Below are positions 47,870 to 61,230 of a DNA stretch of 64,000 bases, piece after piece (positions within the stretch are counted from its first letter, which is position 1; the number at the start of each line of letters is the position of its first letter). Location of the stretch: NCBI GenBank assembly GCA_965285935.1, contig OZ260663.1:35216001-35280000 (forward strand), read 5' to 3'. The DNA is from Ophelia neglecta. Its lineage: Eukaryota. Made by a program: the position numbers and the translations under genes. Under the pieces are notes generated by a model. It worked only from the letters and a program-made list of their open reading frames with translations, did no database searches and was not told where the DNA came from.

Positions 47870-48200
47870 ACACTTTATTTATTTGCTAGTACGTACCTCA
47901 GCTTTAGTATTGAGATCTTGGGCAAGTCCTATGAGTCTTACATTGACTCACTCTTAATACTTAAGAAAAGATCAGTCCGCATATTGACTGGGTCTCAGAG
48001 AAATGTTCCTTTGCAAGCAATCTACTTTGCAATAAGCACTTCTTCAATATGAATACGTATACGCACTGAGTCTGCAGTCTCTTAATTAAAAATTCTTCAA
48101 TGGTCGTCTACTAGAGTCCGTTTCGCAATTATTGAGGTTAACATCTGTTGTTCTTGCTTATAATACTAGACGTGCGCATGATTTTACATCGCAAAACCGA
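47870..48200 (+). mobile_element. Decayed 3' end of LINE ORF2 (CR1/L2/Crack-like)
   Basis: YLSFSIEILGKSYESYIDSLLILKKRSVRILTGS resembles the post-RT YCIEVWG...LQKRAIRII motif; YNTR motif near 48160. Confidence 0.65.
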
Positions 48201-51200
48201 AAACAGGAAATACCTAACTTATTTCAGGCAGCATTAAGACATAACATTGAGGAATATCATAAACCTCGTCGATACACACTAATCGCTCAACACCATAACA
48301 ACTATTATTTGTAGACTTTCGACCATATATTTCGTGTTTTGCTTGTTTGTTTTGCTGAGGTACATGCACATTTTGCATAATTTCTTTTTCTTCAGTGCGG
48401 GTGGGGCCGGTCGAGCTGGATTCAACCGTGTGGATGATTTCTGCTATACCATCCATATCTTCGGTAAAAAGACAACCTATTGAGCTCTATTTGAAATAGT
48501 GCTTTGATGACCACCGAATAGCCTGTGAAGTGGTTGAGTGATCTGAAGGACATTCCGGATACCGCACTCACTGCAAGTAATTAGATAAATAGTGTCCTTT
48601 GTAGGACAGTTCTTAGGAGTGGAAAACTAAGTTTCAAAAATCGAATTTCACACGGAAATTAACTCCTAGGGAACTGGAGATGAGGAAACATTCCTCAAAG
48701 TAACGGGGAACAGCCGCTGATTGGTGTTACAAGCCTAGGAGAGACAGTGTGAAATCATAGTCGATTTAATCGATACGAAATCGGCAAGAATCATCAGATG
48801 GTACTCGAAATTACAGGTTTCTCTAAGATTCCCTCCTTGCCATTAAACCCCATTACTGTAGATCTATTGCAAATACAATATATGATGTTATATATCTGAT
48901 TCTGAGATGGATAGATGTTAAGTTATGCATTCTTGTTTTACATAAATCTTGTTTACACAATATGGAGGCCTTTTGTAGCTTGCCAAAACAACACTGCAAC
49001 CGATCACAGTACATGTGAAAACCTTTAAAATCGGGTTAGGATCCAATGGAAAAAAAACAGATTCGAACTTCTGAGGGTTAGTGCATGCGATGGGTTCTCA
49101 CAACTTATCCTGTAAGTAGTGGGCCATGCGCATAATGCGAACCAAAAAATCCCTAGGAAAATCTCATCTATATTTATTGATGTATATTATATCCCCTAAG
49201 ACTTGGTCACTGCCATAATAATCCAAATTAACCAATCCATTTCTTAGCATGCCTCGACAGTAAATCTAGCGTAAGAGATGTTGAAACCAATCCAGTCCCT
49301 CTGGTCATGTGTTCTTAATGAAAAACGTGCTGAGAAGATTAGCTGGCTTTGCCTATTTATCTGTTGTGTAGCAGCTGCTTTAAACATTGTCAATTTTCTG
49401 AGAGGCGGTGGTAGGTTCTTTGCAATCAGTCATGGCGAAACACATCCGGATTTTACCAAAAAAACCTTTAATTTACCATGAATGGTATGCAACATGACCG
49501 GCTTATCAATTTATAGTCATGTAAGTAGAAAATTGCCTGTACAATGGCAAGATCCTTCTTATCCTCGTATTATCAAGTCGCTTCTACTGATATCAATGTT
49601 ATTTCGAACTCCAAAATAAGAGCTTCTTGGTACCCGGAAATTAATGTGCTTCATTGAATCTTGCGGCATATGGTTATTAAATGACCTGCTTCAAGTAAGG
49701 ATTCGACCCCTTATGATTGTCATCTCTAAATTGAGAGATGATTGCAAGTTTTAAAACATATTAAGTATACAACTGTATAGTTTGCCGTGAGAAAGTAGTC
49801 AACTTCATGAAATAATTTGCACGCCCTCATAGGCCCTTTGCCAAATGCATTTTCTACAAGAAAAATTGCATTCTTTAGAGCGAAATACCGATCGGAATTT
49901 TTTCAATTAATTTTTATGTAATAATTTAAGTTCGCAAATACAAATTCCTTTCAGTAACTGATAAGTGTAAAATTTATTGGTAGGTAATAAATGTGGTATT
50001 GAGTTTCTCTAACATGGACTTTTAACCGTAAAAGGACTTACACTATATTCTAACTACCACAGCCAAAAAGACACTAATGCACTACCAAGAAAGTGGCTCA
50101 GAAAAGAGGTTTAGTCGACCATCAGTTCTCTTAATCATCCTATACTATCAGTTAAATCATGTGTGTTCATTTATTAAAATGCTCAGTAGCAGTTGCCATG
50201 GTCGTAGTGTTTTGTAAAACTGAAACCATTACATGGAAAAAATGTTGACCATTTTTTTTTTAGTTATTATCATTGCAGACTAGCATAGAAGTTCTGAGAT
50301 ATGTGAGGTAAATGTCTTTCCAAGCCAATCTATTACATTGGGCCCAACTCTCGGGCCATCATAGTTTCATATATAGGTGTTAAGAAACAAAAGACACATT
50401 TTCTAGTAAAATATAAGAAAAACAACCTGAACGATGTACACCCAAGAAGAGGTCTATATGAAAACAAGACATCACACATTAAATAACAGGATGTTTATTT
50501 AAGGGAAGAATTTCGATATGTACCATGTTTTGTCAAAATTAATTACATCTTAGTATATAGCATACAGTATTTATGCAGAACCGAACCGATACCTATAAAG
50601 TAGAGGAACTTTTTATTTTGCCGATGTAGCGTACTTCTGTCCTTCGATGTTAGTCGTCTCGTACCTCGGCTTTCTGGGGTGCCAAACGACACGTGTGTTT
50701 ACCCTTGTGTTGAGGTGGAAGTCAAATTATGCACATTCACAATGAGCATTATACAGCGCCATGGTCGTTATGATGGATGCCCTTTCCAGATTTCTCTTCC
50801 ATTCGCTTGATATTTTTTTGTAGTCTTTGGTCCCAAAGGAGACAGGTCGGTAGTCTGGACGGAAACAAAGTAGCGGAGTTATCTTCCGGAGGACGAGCAG
50901 ATGTGCATCAGAAAATAAGATTGTGCAGACAATATCTTGTCAGTATTTTAGCCACAGTGTCCAACGTTAAACCACAGTATAGTATGGTTGTACAATGCAA
51001 ATAATTGTAGCTTTAGTAAACTGATCGGTCTCAAGAACAAGCCAATCATTATATTAGCAAAGAGACCGATATGTACAGGAGTAGGAGGCCTTAAGGAGGA
51101 GCATCTGATTTCAGCAATAGTATCATGTCCCCATACGTATTAATCAGAATTAGGCTCGTACATTCTCAAAAAGCATCGCTGGTTATATATATACATATAT

Positions 51201-54200
51201 ATAAATATTGAAATCGAGGCAGGATATTTATAAAGGTTCTCTTAAAAGGACAAAATGTCTGCCTTTTTGTGGCTACAACATCATAAGACACTGATAGTGT
51301 CAAGTGTTTGGTTATTATAAAATCTTGGTAGTCGATGAAAGGGCATTTCATTTATCTAGACTGCAGTGGTGGAAGGATTGAAAGGGAGGATGAGGGGCAT
51401 ATTGCAGGACGGAGTTGTTTGCTCCCGTTGGTTGCATTGCATAGTTGACGCCTTGGGAGGTAGTACATGAAAACTGGATGTTTGTTTAATATTCTGATCG
51501 AGGACATCATAATTGAATGCACATCTTTAAGTAAGTACAACTGGTAGCAGACCATTAAACAATTCATAGATAATAACCTTGAGAGTTTATTTGCAACGTA
51601 CACGTATCAATAAAAGTGGCAAAGAAGGCGGTTGTCCAATTCAGTACCTTTATGTTTGATGTTTTTATATTTTTAAAATTTGCTACATTATTGTTAATGA
51701 GTTGTATATCATTGCCTATTCATTGGTATATCCAATAACTATTTATTTGTTCGTCCGATATGTATTCGCTTGTTATTATTACAGTATCCATTTGTCCCTT
51801 TCTGAATTCAATGGGGTTGATTCCTATTTGTATCATTTATTTGTAACCCCCTGTAAGGAGGCAGTTTTCTCTCGCACCTTTGTTAATCTATTCAAAAAAT
51901 ATGATATCATACGGCGTTAATGTTTCACTGTGTTGTGTTTGAATTCACAAATGAACTGCGTCTTTCAGAGGACACATAAAGTAAGAAATCACTCTTCTGC
52001 CAATCCGGTGTCGTGAGTGGATGTCATTTAGGAATATAGAGAAGCTCTACCGGGAAATTGCCGTCCTATAATGGGCGAAATGTTAGAGCGACTAACAGCG
52101 AGTAGTGTAATTCATGAGATTAGAATTGTCGTTTGAACAAATTATTGCTCCTCATAATACCGTTACCGTGGAGACTAAGCCATGGCCCGAACGTTTCTAT
52201 ATCCTTTCCAAACCTCTTTGTCAAGAGAGCTTACTAGCCGACTAGTTAAGATCGTCTGAAAACACTTTTTGCAAACGCTATGACGATATATTCAATACTC
52301 TATGCTACTGCTTACGGTTTTTGCATATGTTGATTCCGCCGAACTATAGGAATGGAAACCCTTGGATGTTTTCCGATACAATTTGTATACATACGTACTG
52401 TTATCGATGTTGCCCAATTTCGGCAGGTTGTGAATCAATACCATTCGCTATATTAAGCTACAAAGAGGGTATCGCTTTTTTCAAGACACATATGTTTTCT
52501 GATTCCTATCTGTTAAACGTTTCACATATTATATATAAACCTATTGAATGATATGGTGGCTTTGCCTGCCTATTGCCCATCGCCTTGGAATTACCACAAA
52601 TGTTCTACTCACATTCATTTGTGAAAGATTGTTATGTACTGCAAATATGACCAAGAGCTTTAGACTTGTTTAAAGGGTCCTGTTTATCCTCAGTTTTTTA
52701 AAAAGATAAGAAGAAAAGAAGGGAGAAATGGAGCATTTTGACATAACTTTATGAAAGTAAGCGCCATCAAACGTCACTGGACCCCTTGGGAGTCAATTGA
52801 CGTAACATACCTAATCTGAAATGTTATGAAATAGATATTTGGTTGTTTGGCAAACGCTATATATAGGGAATATTTTTTGTATTGGCACTATTTTGGCATT
52901 TTTTGGCGTCTTTTAATGTATTTTTGCCTTTAAAGATTGATTGACAAAACCAATAAAATAAGACCCGATCTCCGGCCTTTTCATGCGTTTAATCAAAACG
53001 TTTTAGCACTACAACCAATCCCACAACGTTTTCTTTTCCCATTTAGTTTGCTTTGACGTTAGCCTCTTTACTATAATCAATAACGCTCAAGGTCATGGGG
53101 CTTTAAAGAGGGAAGGCATGTCTTCAAAGTAAAATCAGCTTGGACTTAGCCCAGAGTTGCTTTCTAATCTAAACAATGTATCATTTCATTAAGTTGTCGT
53201 AATGAAAGCGTGCAATATGAAAGCAATATCCACCCTGTAGCAATTTTATTTGCATCTGCAATTGTTTGATACTGGCGATGTCTTCATGGCTAATGTCCTG
53301 GTCCTATAAATAAAATGTACATATATCTTAAGTTTATTGATGCTTAAGATGTCAGCCTGCTGCTGTTGTACTTTCCAACCTTAATATCACATGAACGGCT
53401 CAGCTTGTAAAGAGCAATCGTGTTGAGAAGATTCTTTCCTGTTCGCCAGGTTATTTATCAATTATTTCAAATGAATCTCTACAGATTTATTTAAACAACT
53501 GGCCAATGGAAACTTCTTTAAAATTTGCTATTTTTCCATTAATACTGTATAAGCCAAATGATATGTATTGGTTTCATTATGCGTTCTCAAGTTTTTTCCA
53601 AACTGCTCCGCAACGCATGCATGTCGGTTGTTGTAGGTCTTAGGGCTATTAACTAAATTATTCGAACTCTTGTCTGATTATATAAAGGGGAATAAATCCA
53701 TGATCTGTAAAAAAAAAAGTAAATAATAACCAATCATATTCAACCTATTCGCACATTGTGCAGTACAGACAACAGCGCGGCAATAGCTTATACGTTCGTT
53801 CTACGTTATGAGTTATGCCTGGAAAATACGGTAATGGATACCTGGCTGACATAAGAAAGACGTTCACCAAAAATAGTCCACTAGTCAAACCAATAAGGGA
53901 AAAAAAACATCAATTCCCAGCCCAATAACTGTGATGGAGCGTTGGTTATCTGCTTTTTATTGAATGTCGGAAATTCGGGTTTCCTGATGATTTATTTTCT
54001 TCTAGGTATACCACATACAACATTACTTTGGGAAATATGTCAGTACTTATTGACTCATAAACACCATAAAGTACACAGAAAATTTTTAAACTTAAAAATA
54101 CCACAATACCAATTTATCATATACGAAATTCCAGAGGGTAATGCTTTTATATCGAAAGTCCTTTTTAATGCAGCAGTTCAAATTTGTGCATATGTGGACT

Positions 54201-57200
54201 TTTTCTGGCTTGTATAATTGACGCCCAACTTAATCCTTATTTATACGGATAGCATAGTTCTAAGCTCAGTACATTTATATGCAGCAACCGCATTTTTACA
54301 ATGGGAATGGAGAACTCGATTATTATCGGCCAAAAACACGCGTAAAGTAGCAAGGGCCGTGGTTCTTCCTTGTAAATTCTTCTAGATACTTTGGTTTTTT
54401 CTTATGAAGTCATGGAACACATGGCAAAATAGCAGGAATACAACTCAATGCAAATTTTAAAAACAAGTGCAACAAATGTGCCATTTACCTTGAATCATCA
54501 ATTTAAAAAGATGGTATTTTTTTTCCACAGCCTTCTATGTTTTATCATTGATTCCTAAAATCAGCGATCGATCATAGTACCGAAGCTCCCTTCATAATTC
54601 TAGTAATATTAAGACTAATTGTTATCCCTCCTGGCGGCAATGGAACACTTCGAAACGTTATATAAATATATTCGTAAATGACAAGTACAAATTCGCCCAG
54701 TTAACTAAGGATCAATTGGTTTTCCAGTTATTCATAACTATCGAGACGAAAACTGGGACTAGATACGCGGCAGACAAAGCGAAATAATAGGCCATCAAAT
54801 CGGTAAGAAATCATAAGGAAACAAGAGATACGGTTTGTCATAAATGCGCCAGTCTATTATAGTATGAAGAATGCGTACTAGCTTTGGCGAATGATGAGTG
54901 CATTTAGCATTCAAATAACGTCATCCTAACTGATCCTGCTGATCAGTTAGATTGCCATTCACTTATTTCTATGCGTTCGTATTGGCTTTCATGAATAGCC
55001 TCGAGGCTAGATGGTTGCTGTTGGTCAAATTGAATAATGAAACTAGACAGGAAGCAGATTCTGTAGAGGCTAGCTCTTTGCTTAATAAAGTCACACATGC
55101 TTCCAATATTTTAGTGCCAAACGCTTCGGGCATCAAGCATAAAGAAAAGCCACACAGTCAAAAAGAGAATGTCTTGGTTCTTACTTGAACTGTCCTCCTA
55201 CAAGATGGACTGCATAGAGGCATAAAGTAGGTCATCGATATGGTCGGCAATTACGTGCCTAAGGCTAAACGGCCTAGTATGCAATCATCTGAATACTAAT
55301 AATCCGAACAACTCATCATCGCTCATTTCCATTGACATGTTGAATCACAAAATACTCTCTTATACTTAACGTATAATTGTATGATTATAGATTTAGATTG
55401 AAGTAGCTCGTGTGATAAAATAGTTAGATTTAATAGAAATTTCTTCCAAACAATATCATAAGAGTGGGTATTAACAAACAAAAGGAGCATCATGCGTCAT
55501 TCTCGAGCCACCTAACTGTCGTATAACAGCAGCAGTGGTATATAAGGAATTATAGTTGTCTTTTATATGATAATTTCTAAAATATTCTGTTTCAGCACAA
55601 ACAGCAGGCATGCCTGGATATATCTACAAATCATAGTAGGGAAACGTTGGATACCATATCTGTGGCGATGTTTAAATAAAGCGACACAAATCAACTTTTA
55701 GCTATTCTGCTTTGGAAAAGCAGCGTTAGTGCCAAACGAACCAAATTTTTTTCCCTCGCTAGATGGGGTGGGTAGGGGTCACAATATGTTCGCCATTTAC
55801 TGACAAATTCGGCCAATGTTTGGCCAATTATTTGTGAATATTTATGTGGAATAATTAAAGATATACCCGTAAAACGCAGTGAACTAGGTAATGATGACCA
55901 GTGAGTGTAAAATTAGCAATGAATACTGATCTTGATAAGGTCTACAAACCAGAACAGGCACTCTTCCTGTACAGAAATATTAATATAAACGAAAACAATT
56001 CATGTATCAAAGGCAATGAATGACTTGAAAATACACTTCGACCCCCGTGTATACGTTTAAAAAATTCTTTAGCATAACATAGCAAACAGAAACGGCGTCA
56101 GGAATGGCACGTCCAATGATTCTTTTTACAGAATTAGCCAGTCTCTTTTTCTATGTTAATAATAGCTTCTCCAGTGTGGTTCATACAGCATTCTACGTTG
56201 GTGCCTAAAACTTCCTTCCGTTCTTCCAGCAGACTTTTTTCTGGGGGAAATGCTGTTGATTTACATTAACATGAACAAATACAGTTAACGGATGAATTTT
56301 GATGAATGCATTGTTAATATTATTATATACCTTTAACATTGGTAAACGAATTAAATCTTATGTAAGGACGAAATGACGTGTGGGATCTTATGGGTCACGG
56401 TCGTAATTGTATATTCAATGGTCATCTGAACTGCTCAGTCCAACACAAACTTGAGTATTCAGCTCAAACTCATGTAAGAATTATTGTCGGCCTTTGCAAT
56501 GGCCTGCATATTGCAAGAATGCTTTAATCAACTATTGTACAAACTTCTCCACTGGAGATTGTAGTACGCGTCCTGAGCACTAAGGCTATACAAGTGAAGA
56601 CAAAACAAACGCAAACAAGAAGACAAAACTCAAATATTCTAAAAGAGACGTCTTAAATACAGATTGGATAGTATTTTTTTTCTATTTATTCTCGCCTGAC
56701 GATTTAAGCCGCATGCTTTCGAACAAATATTATGAACCGGTGATGTACTGGGTTGCATCAAAACTAACAGAAGGGCTACAACAATTGGCGATGCAAAACG
56801 TATTTTACGCATTCACAAAATCAGTACAGAAACCAATACCATAGACTCGTCAATTTGGACCAAACACCACGTTTATGGTGGTAAGGCACAGAGTTTGTTT
56901 ATAAATCTGGGGTATTTATAAATGGATCTGCACATATCCTAGATTCTAAATAATATCTAGTTTGTAGTCTTACATGTTCTCAATCCATACGTGCCATGAT
57001 CACCTATCAAAATTGCGATAAATGGAGTTATTCCCAAGCTCTTCCTGTATCACAGTGTCTGATCTTGGCGACATTTGTCTTCTGAACAAACGTTAAACAA
57101 TGTAGGAAGCTTTCGAATTACACACTTCAAATGATGCTGCGTAGATCAGCTATACTTGTAATACTCTCCATAATGATGACGACATTGTACACTTTTTTTC

Positions 57201-58879
57201 CTCTCACAGGATGTTTCGCGTATTATTATTGTCACAGTATTTCGTTAACGATATTGTGTGTGATATTCGTTCTTTTAGTATTGCCTATCAATTATATAGG
57301 ATATTCTATTCTACACAGTAGAAGTATAATGAATACTTTATATATTTAGAACATTATTGCCAGCTACGTATATGCACCCCAGCATAAATATGATCTGTTT
57401 TTTCATTTAAGATAAAAAATTATGCTGTCTCGCATGCATTCTTTAGCACATTATTGTCATTGCGTGCCGTTCGTAGCATACACAGACAAACTGCAACAGC
57501 CAACTTGATGCACACTGTTAGAGGGGTATGATAAATAAATCAGATGCTATAAAACATGTGACAGAAACTTTAGCCATGATACTAAAATTCGACAGCCCAT
57601 TTACCACAGTGTTTAGGAATGAGGAAATCAATCATTGACTAATTTCCTGATGACATGTTTGCGCATATACGTCTCTTTTTCATATAAAATTGGTGGAATG
57701 ACATTTTCGTAGCAACTGAGGGTTCGTTGGCTTGTAATCATGTAAAGACCATCCACATGGAGGAAGTGATTACAAATCACAAATTGATTATGAATCACAA
57801 GTCCAGATTTTTATAATGCAGAATTTTCAATTAAACAAATATCCAAGCCATTCAATGCCAGCCATTCACCCCCCTTTATCAGAGAGAATTCGAGAAGCAA
57901 TTTTTATTTGAATTGGATTCGGTGGTTTCAAGACAATATTGTTTCCAATAGCTGAGTTGATGTTATCGAAGTCCCAAAATATAAACAACCTTCTCCAAAA
58001 CCTTGATATGTTTAATTCTTTGCTAGTATTATTACCTATTATTATCATAATAAATGCTCTGAAGCGACTTGAATGATATAAATAATTGTACTAACACAAT
58101 ACCACATGTTACATTGTAAAACTCGGAGACAAAGTGGCTTATTCATCTTGAGAGCCTCAGCACTTGCTGCAGCTTCTAAATGAGATGGCGGGCAAGACAC
58201 TCTAGCATTTAACGCAAAAAAAATTGTACTGACTGCCAGTGAGTCAGAGGGGTGATATTCAAGTTTGTCCTTTGACCTACAAGGCACAACCCTGGGTTGC
58301 TCAGGCAGTCTTCGCTACACTGGTTAAACATGATGACCAAACTCCAAATAAGCTATGGAAAAGCTTTTGACTGAATTTTAATAGAACCGTTTCTTAATAC
58401 AGCTTTGTTATCAGAGTTGTCTTTAGCCCCACCCCCTTAAACCCCCCCCCCCTTTCGTTTGACTTTTAGGTCTGATTTTTTAAGTACGTATCTATGGCCC
58501 TTTTTTAAGAAACATATTTATGCCGGTAATAAACTGGTGGTGCAGTTTTCTCCATCTCAGAATAGTAAACAAATCGTTTCCTTATTGTCCTGGGATTGCT
58601 GTTTGTATTGGCTCGTGTTCGTAGCCACCAGCAGAATGAAGTGTCCATTTCCTCGCATTCATCGCCTGATCGATTCTGGGAAGCGACCGCAACGCAAAAG
58701 CTTTTCTGTAAAGGGATAACGAATGTTAAGCAATCGTTGGCCATCTTCACCGTGGGCAGGAATCATTTAAGCTTTTGCTAATCTGTACTTTGTATGTGTC
58801 GACACCAGTGAAGTGTTTGTAGCAATGCTGAAAAGTCTTTAATCGTGAGACAATGTCTGCTCTAATCCAGCAGCATTTT

Positions 58880-59480
58880 GTTTTTATATATTACAGCGGT
58901 CCATTGCAACTGAGCACTTTGGCTGGCAGCCAAACAGTCCTTGCATCGTATTTTCATTCGGTCGTTTATGGTCCGATTCACCATTGGTTTGTTGATATTT
59001 TTAATTTGTTAGATGAATACTATGTCAGTTGTTGCCACCAGATTTCAATGTCTTGTGCGTACTCACGATATTTGTCGCAGATACTCCGGAAGGCAAAATC
59101 GTCCTTCGTTGGATAACCTAGTTCATGATCAGTGTCGTGTGCCGTTAGCTCACACATACATTCCTTAATGAACAGAAGAGATGTTTGAACAACAAATGTT
59201 TTATCCTGTGGCTAAATTATCCTGTTCTCTCTCATCGATTTTAATTTACGAAACCGAAATGCCGTCTTATCTTAACGCATTTTACATTTTCTGTTTCTTA
59301 TAATAAATCGCATGGATGAATTTTCCAATACGCCATGTGTAGGGTAGCGGACAACATACCTAAACCCAGATGCTTCATCTTGCATATGGAAGCCATTTAA
59401 CATCGTTTTACTCACTCCGTTTTCAAGAATAGATCTGAAGTAAAGGATGTTTTGACAGGGAGGCGTTTTCCTTCTGCACA
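58880..59480 (-). mobile_element. Possible highly decayed Gypsy/Ty3 integrase C-terminal remnant
   Basis: VWLPAKVLSCNGPL*Y resembles the W.PA.V....GP.SY motif of Gypsy integrase tails; several in-frame stops. Confidence 0.25.
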
Positions 59481-60199
59481 TTATATAAAGGTCGTGGCTT
59501 AGAAATCAAAGATTATCTTTATGGTCAACCATCATGTATAGTACAATAGAAACGGGATGATCATATATCATATATGTTTATTTGGTCACTCTTATCCTTA
59601 TAATACATTTTTTATAGAATTGGAAACAGTAAATTTACGTCGTTCCATAGTAACTGTATATGCGTTTTTTGTTATGCATTATTTCTATGTGCATATTATT
59701 AGGTGATATTGTATAGCACGAGAGGCCAGATCAGATGTCTCCGAATCCAAGCAAATTTGGAAAGTCCTTTAAGAAAATAAAAATGAACCCATGCTAATGC
59801 TAGATGCAGCGAAATTTGTTAAAACAATATATCCCTATACAAGCCGAAAGGGCTGCACGTTCCCTTGATACCCACATTGCGAAATAATTGACATGCCAAG
59901 CTGTTTCTGCGGGCAGAGCGATTGTTTTTGGGCCTGAGTGTCACATAATATATCTGTACAAAGCATGACTGCATACCCCCTATCCGTAGGAGGAGTAGAA
60001 TCGTTTTTTAAAAATCACTAGAGGTTTTTACCGCGAAGGTACTAAAAAGGGTACAACTGGAACCTGCACATAAACGATGTGAGTCACCATCTGAATTAAG
60101 AATAGTTTTATTGGCACTAAAATATTTTATCTGGTGCCCCAGCATTCCCAACGGATGGTTAACTTGTCGTATTGCACTGTTTGATTAGAAATGTTTTTA

Positions 60200-61230
60200 T
60201 TTATTTGGCCGTAAACTTGGTACACTTTATCGATCACCCAGTATGAATAATTTCTCACAATTTACAGCTAAGATGGAGAACTCTGTTCAAAACTGATTCA
60301 GAAAGATGCGCATGTTTAATAATAGGGGATATGAATATTGGCCTTATTAAAATCCTCCTTATGATATATAGATACAATTTTTGGCATGTAGCTACCTACC
60401 ACTCATCAGTAACATGACCACAGTCACCCCTACATCTTCTAGTTTCATATACCACCTATTTCTAAAATATAATCCAACCCTTCATTAAAAACCTGACATT
60501 ATTTTAACATCCATTTCAGATCCCTGTCTTAACTTTATTTACTTACCTGACATGAAAGCAGATCATAAACGCCATAAGCAGACTGTTACATTTACAATAA
60601 TACTACATGTATATGCAAAAGACAAAAATAATAGCAAGAATGTTCCCACTATTGACCAAAAGAAAATATTTATTTCCTTGTTAATAGAGCAACTTTTGAT
60701 TAAATTATAAAGCTAGGAAAATTACATTTTAGGCAGAGTTGCTCTGAAGATTCAAAATTTGACATCAAACGAACATAGCTTATTATTAAGACAAAACTGG
60801 GCAAGAAAACAGATAATGCAGCACAATCCCTTTTCTGTGTAAACCTGCATTTGCTCCAAACAAGGGTTCTTTTCAAATCATACATGAGTCCATCAACTGT
60901 AAACAGTATATTTCTTGATAATACATGTTCTATTTAAATTGTTAGAATTCTTGATAAAATAAAACCAAAACCACCAAGTGGCTTTGATGAAATATCTTCA
61001 ACACCATGTTTAAACTAGGTATCTTTCCCCATAAAATGAAAATTGCTCAGGTCTGACCAATATACTAAAAGAGAATAAAACAATATGTTTAAAATACATG
61101 CACAAAATCAATCTATCATCGTTTTTCTAAAATATTTGAAAGTCTTCTTTTCATTAGGCGGGCATTAATATATCAATCAAGATATGGCTACCGAAAGTTC
61201 CACTCAAGTATGCAGCGCTGAAACTGTTGT
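60200..61230 (+). mobile_element. Decayed LINE ORF2 (APE endonuclease and N-part of RT; CR1/L2/Crack-like)
   Basis: Motifs in the expected order, with stops and frameshifts: GTLYRSP, IIGDMNIGLIK, YLPLIS..T.VTPTSSSFIYHLF, SISD, KPK..SGFDEIS, GIFPHKMKIAQV*PIY*K, FSKIFE, YGYRKFHS. Confidence 0.8.

Noticed and set aside
57131-57349. Hydrophobic 72-aa ORF resembling a membrane protein
   Set aside because: T-rich sequence yields hydrophobic translations by default; no family motif.
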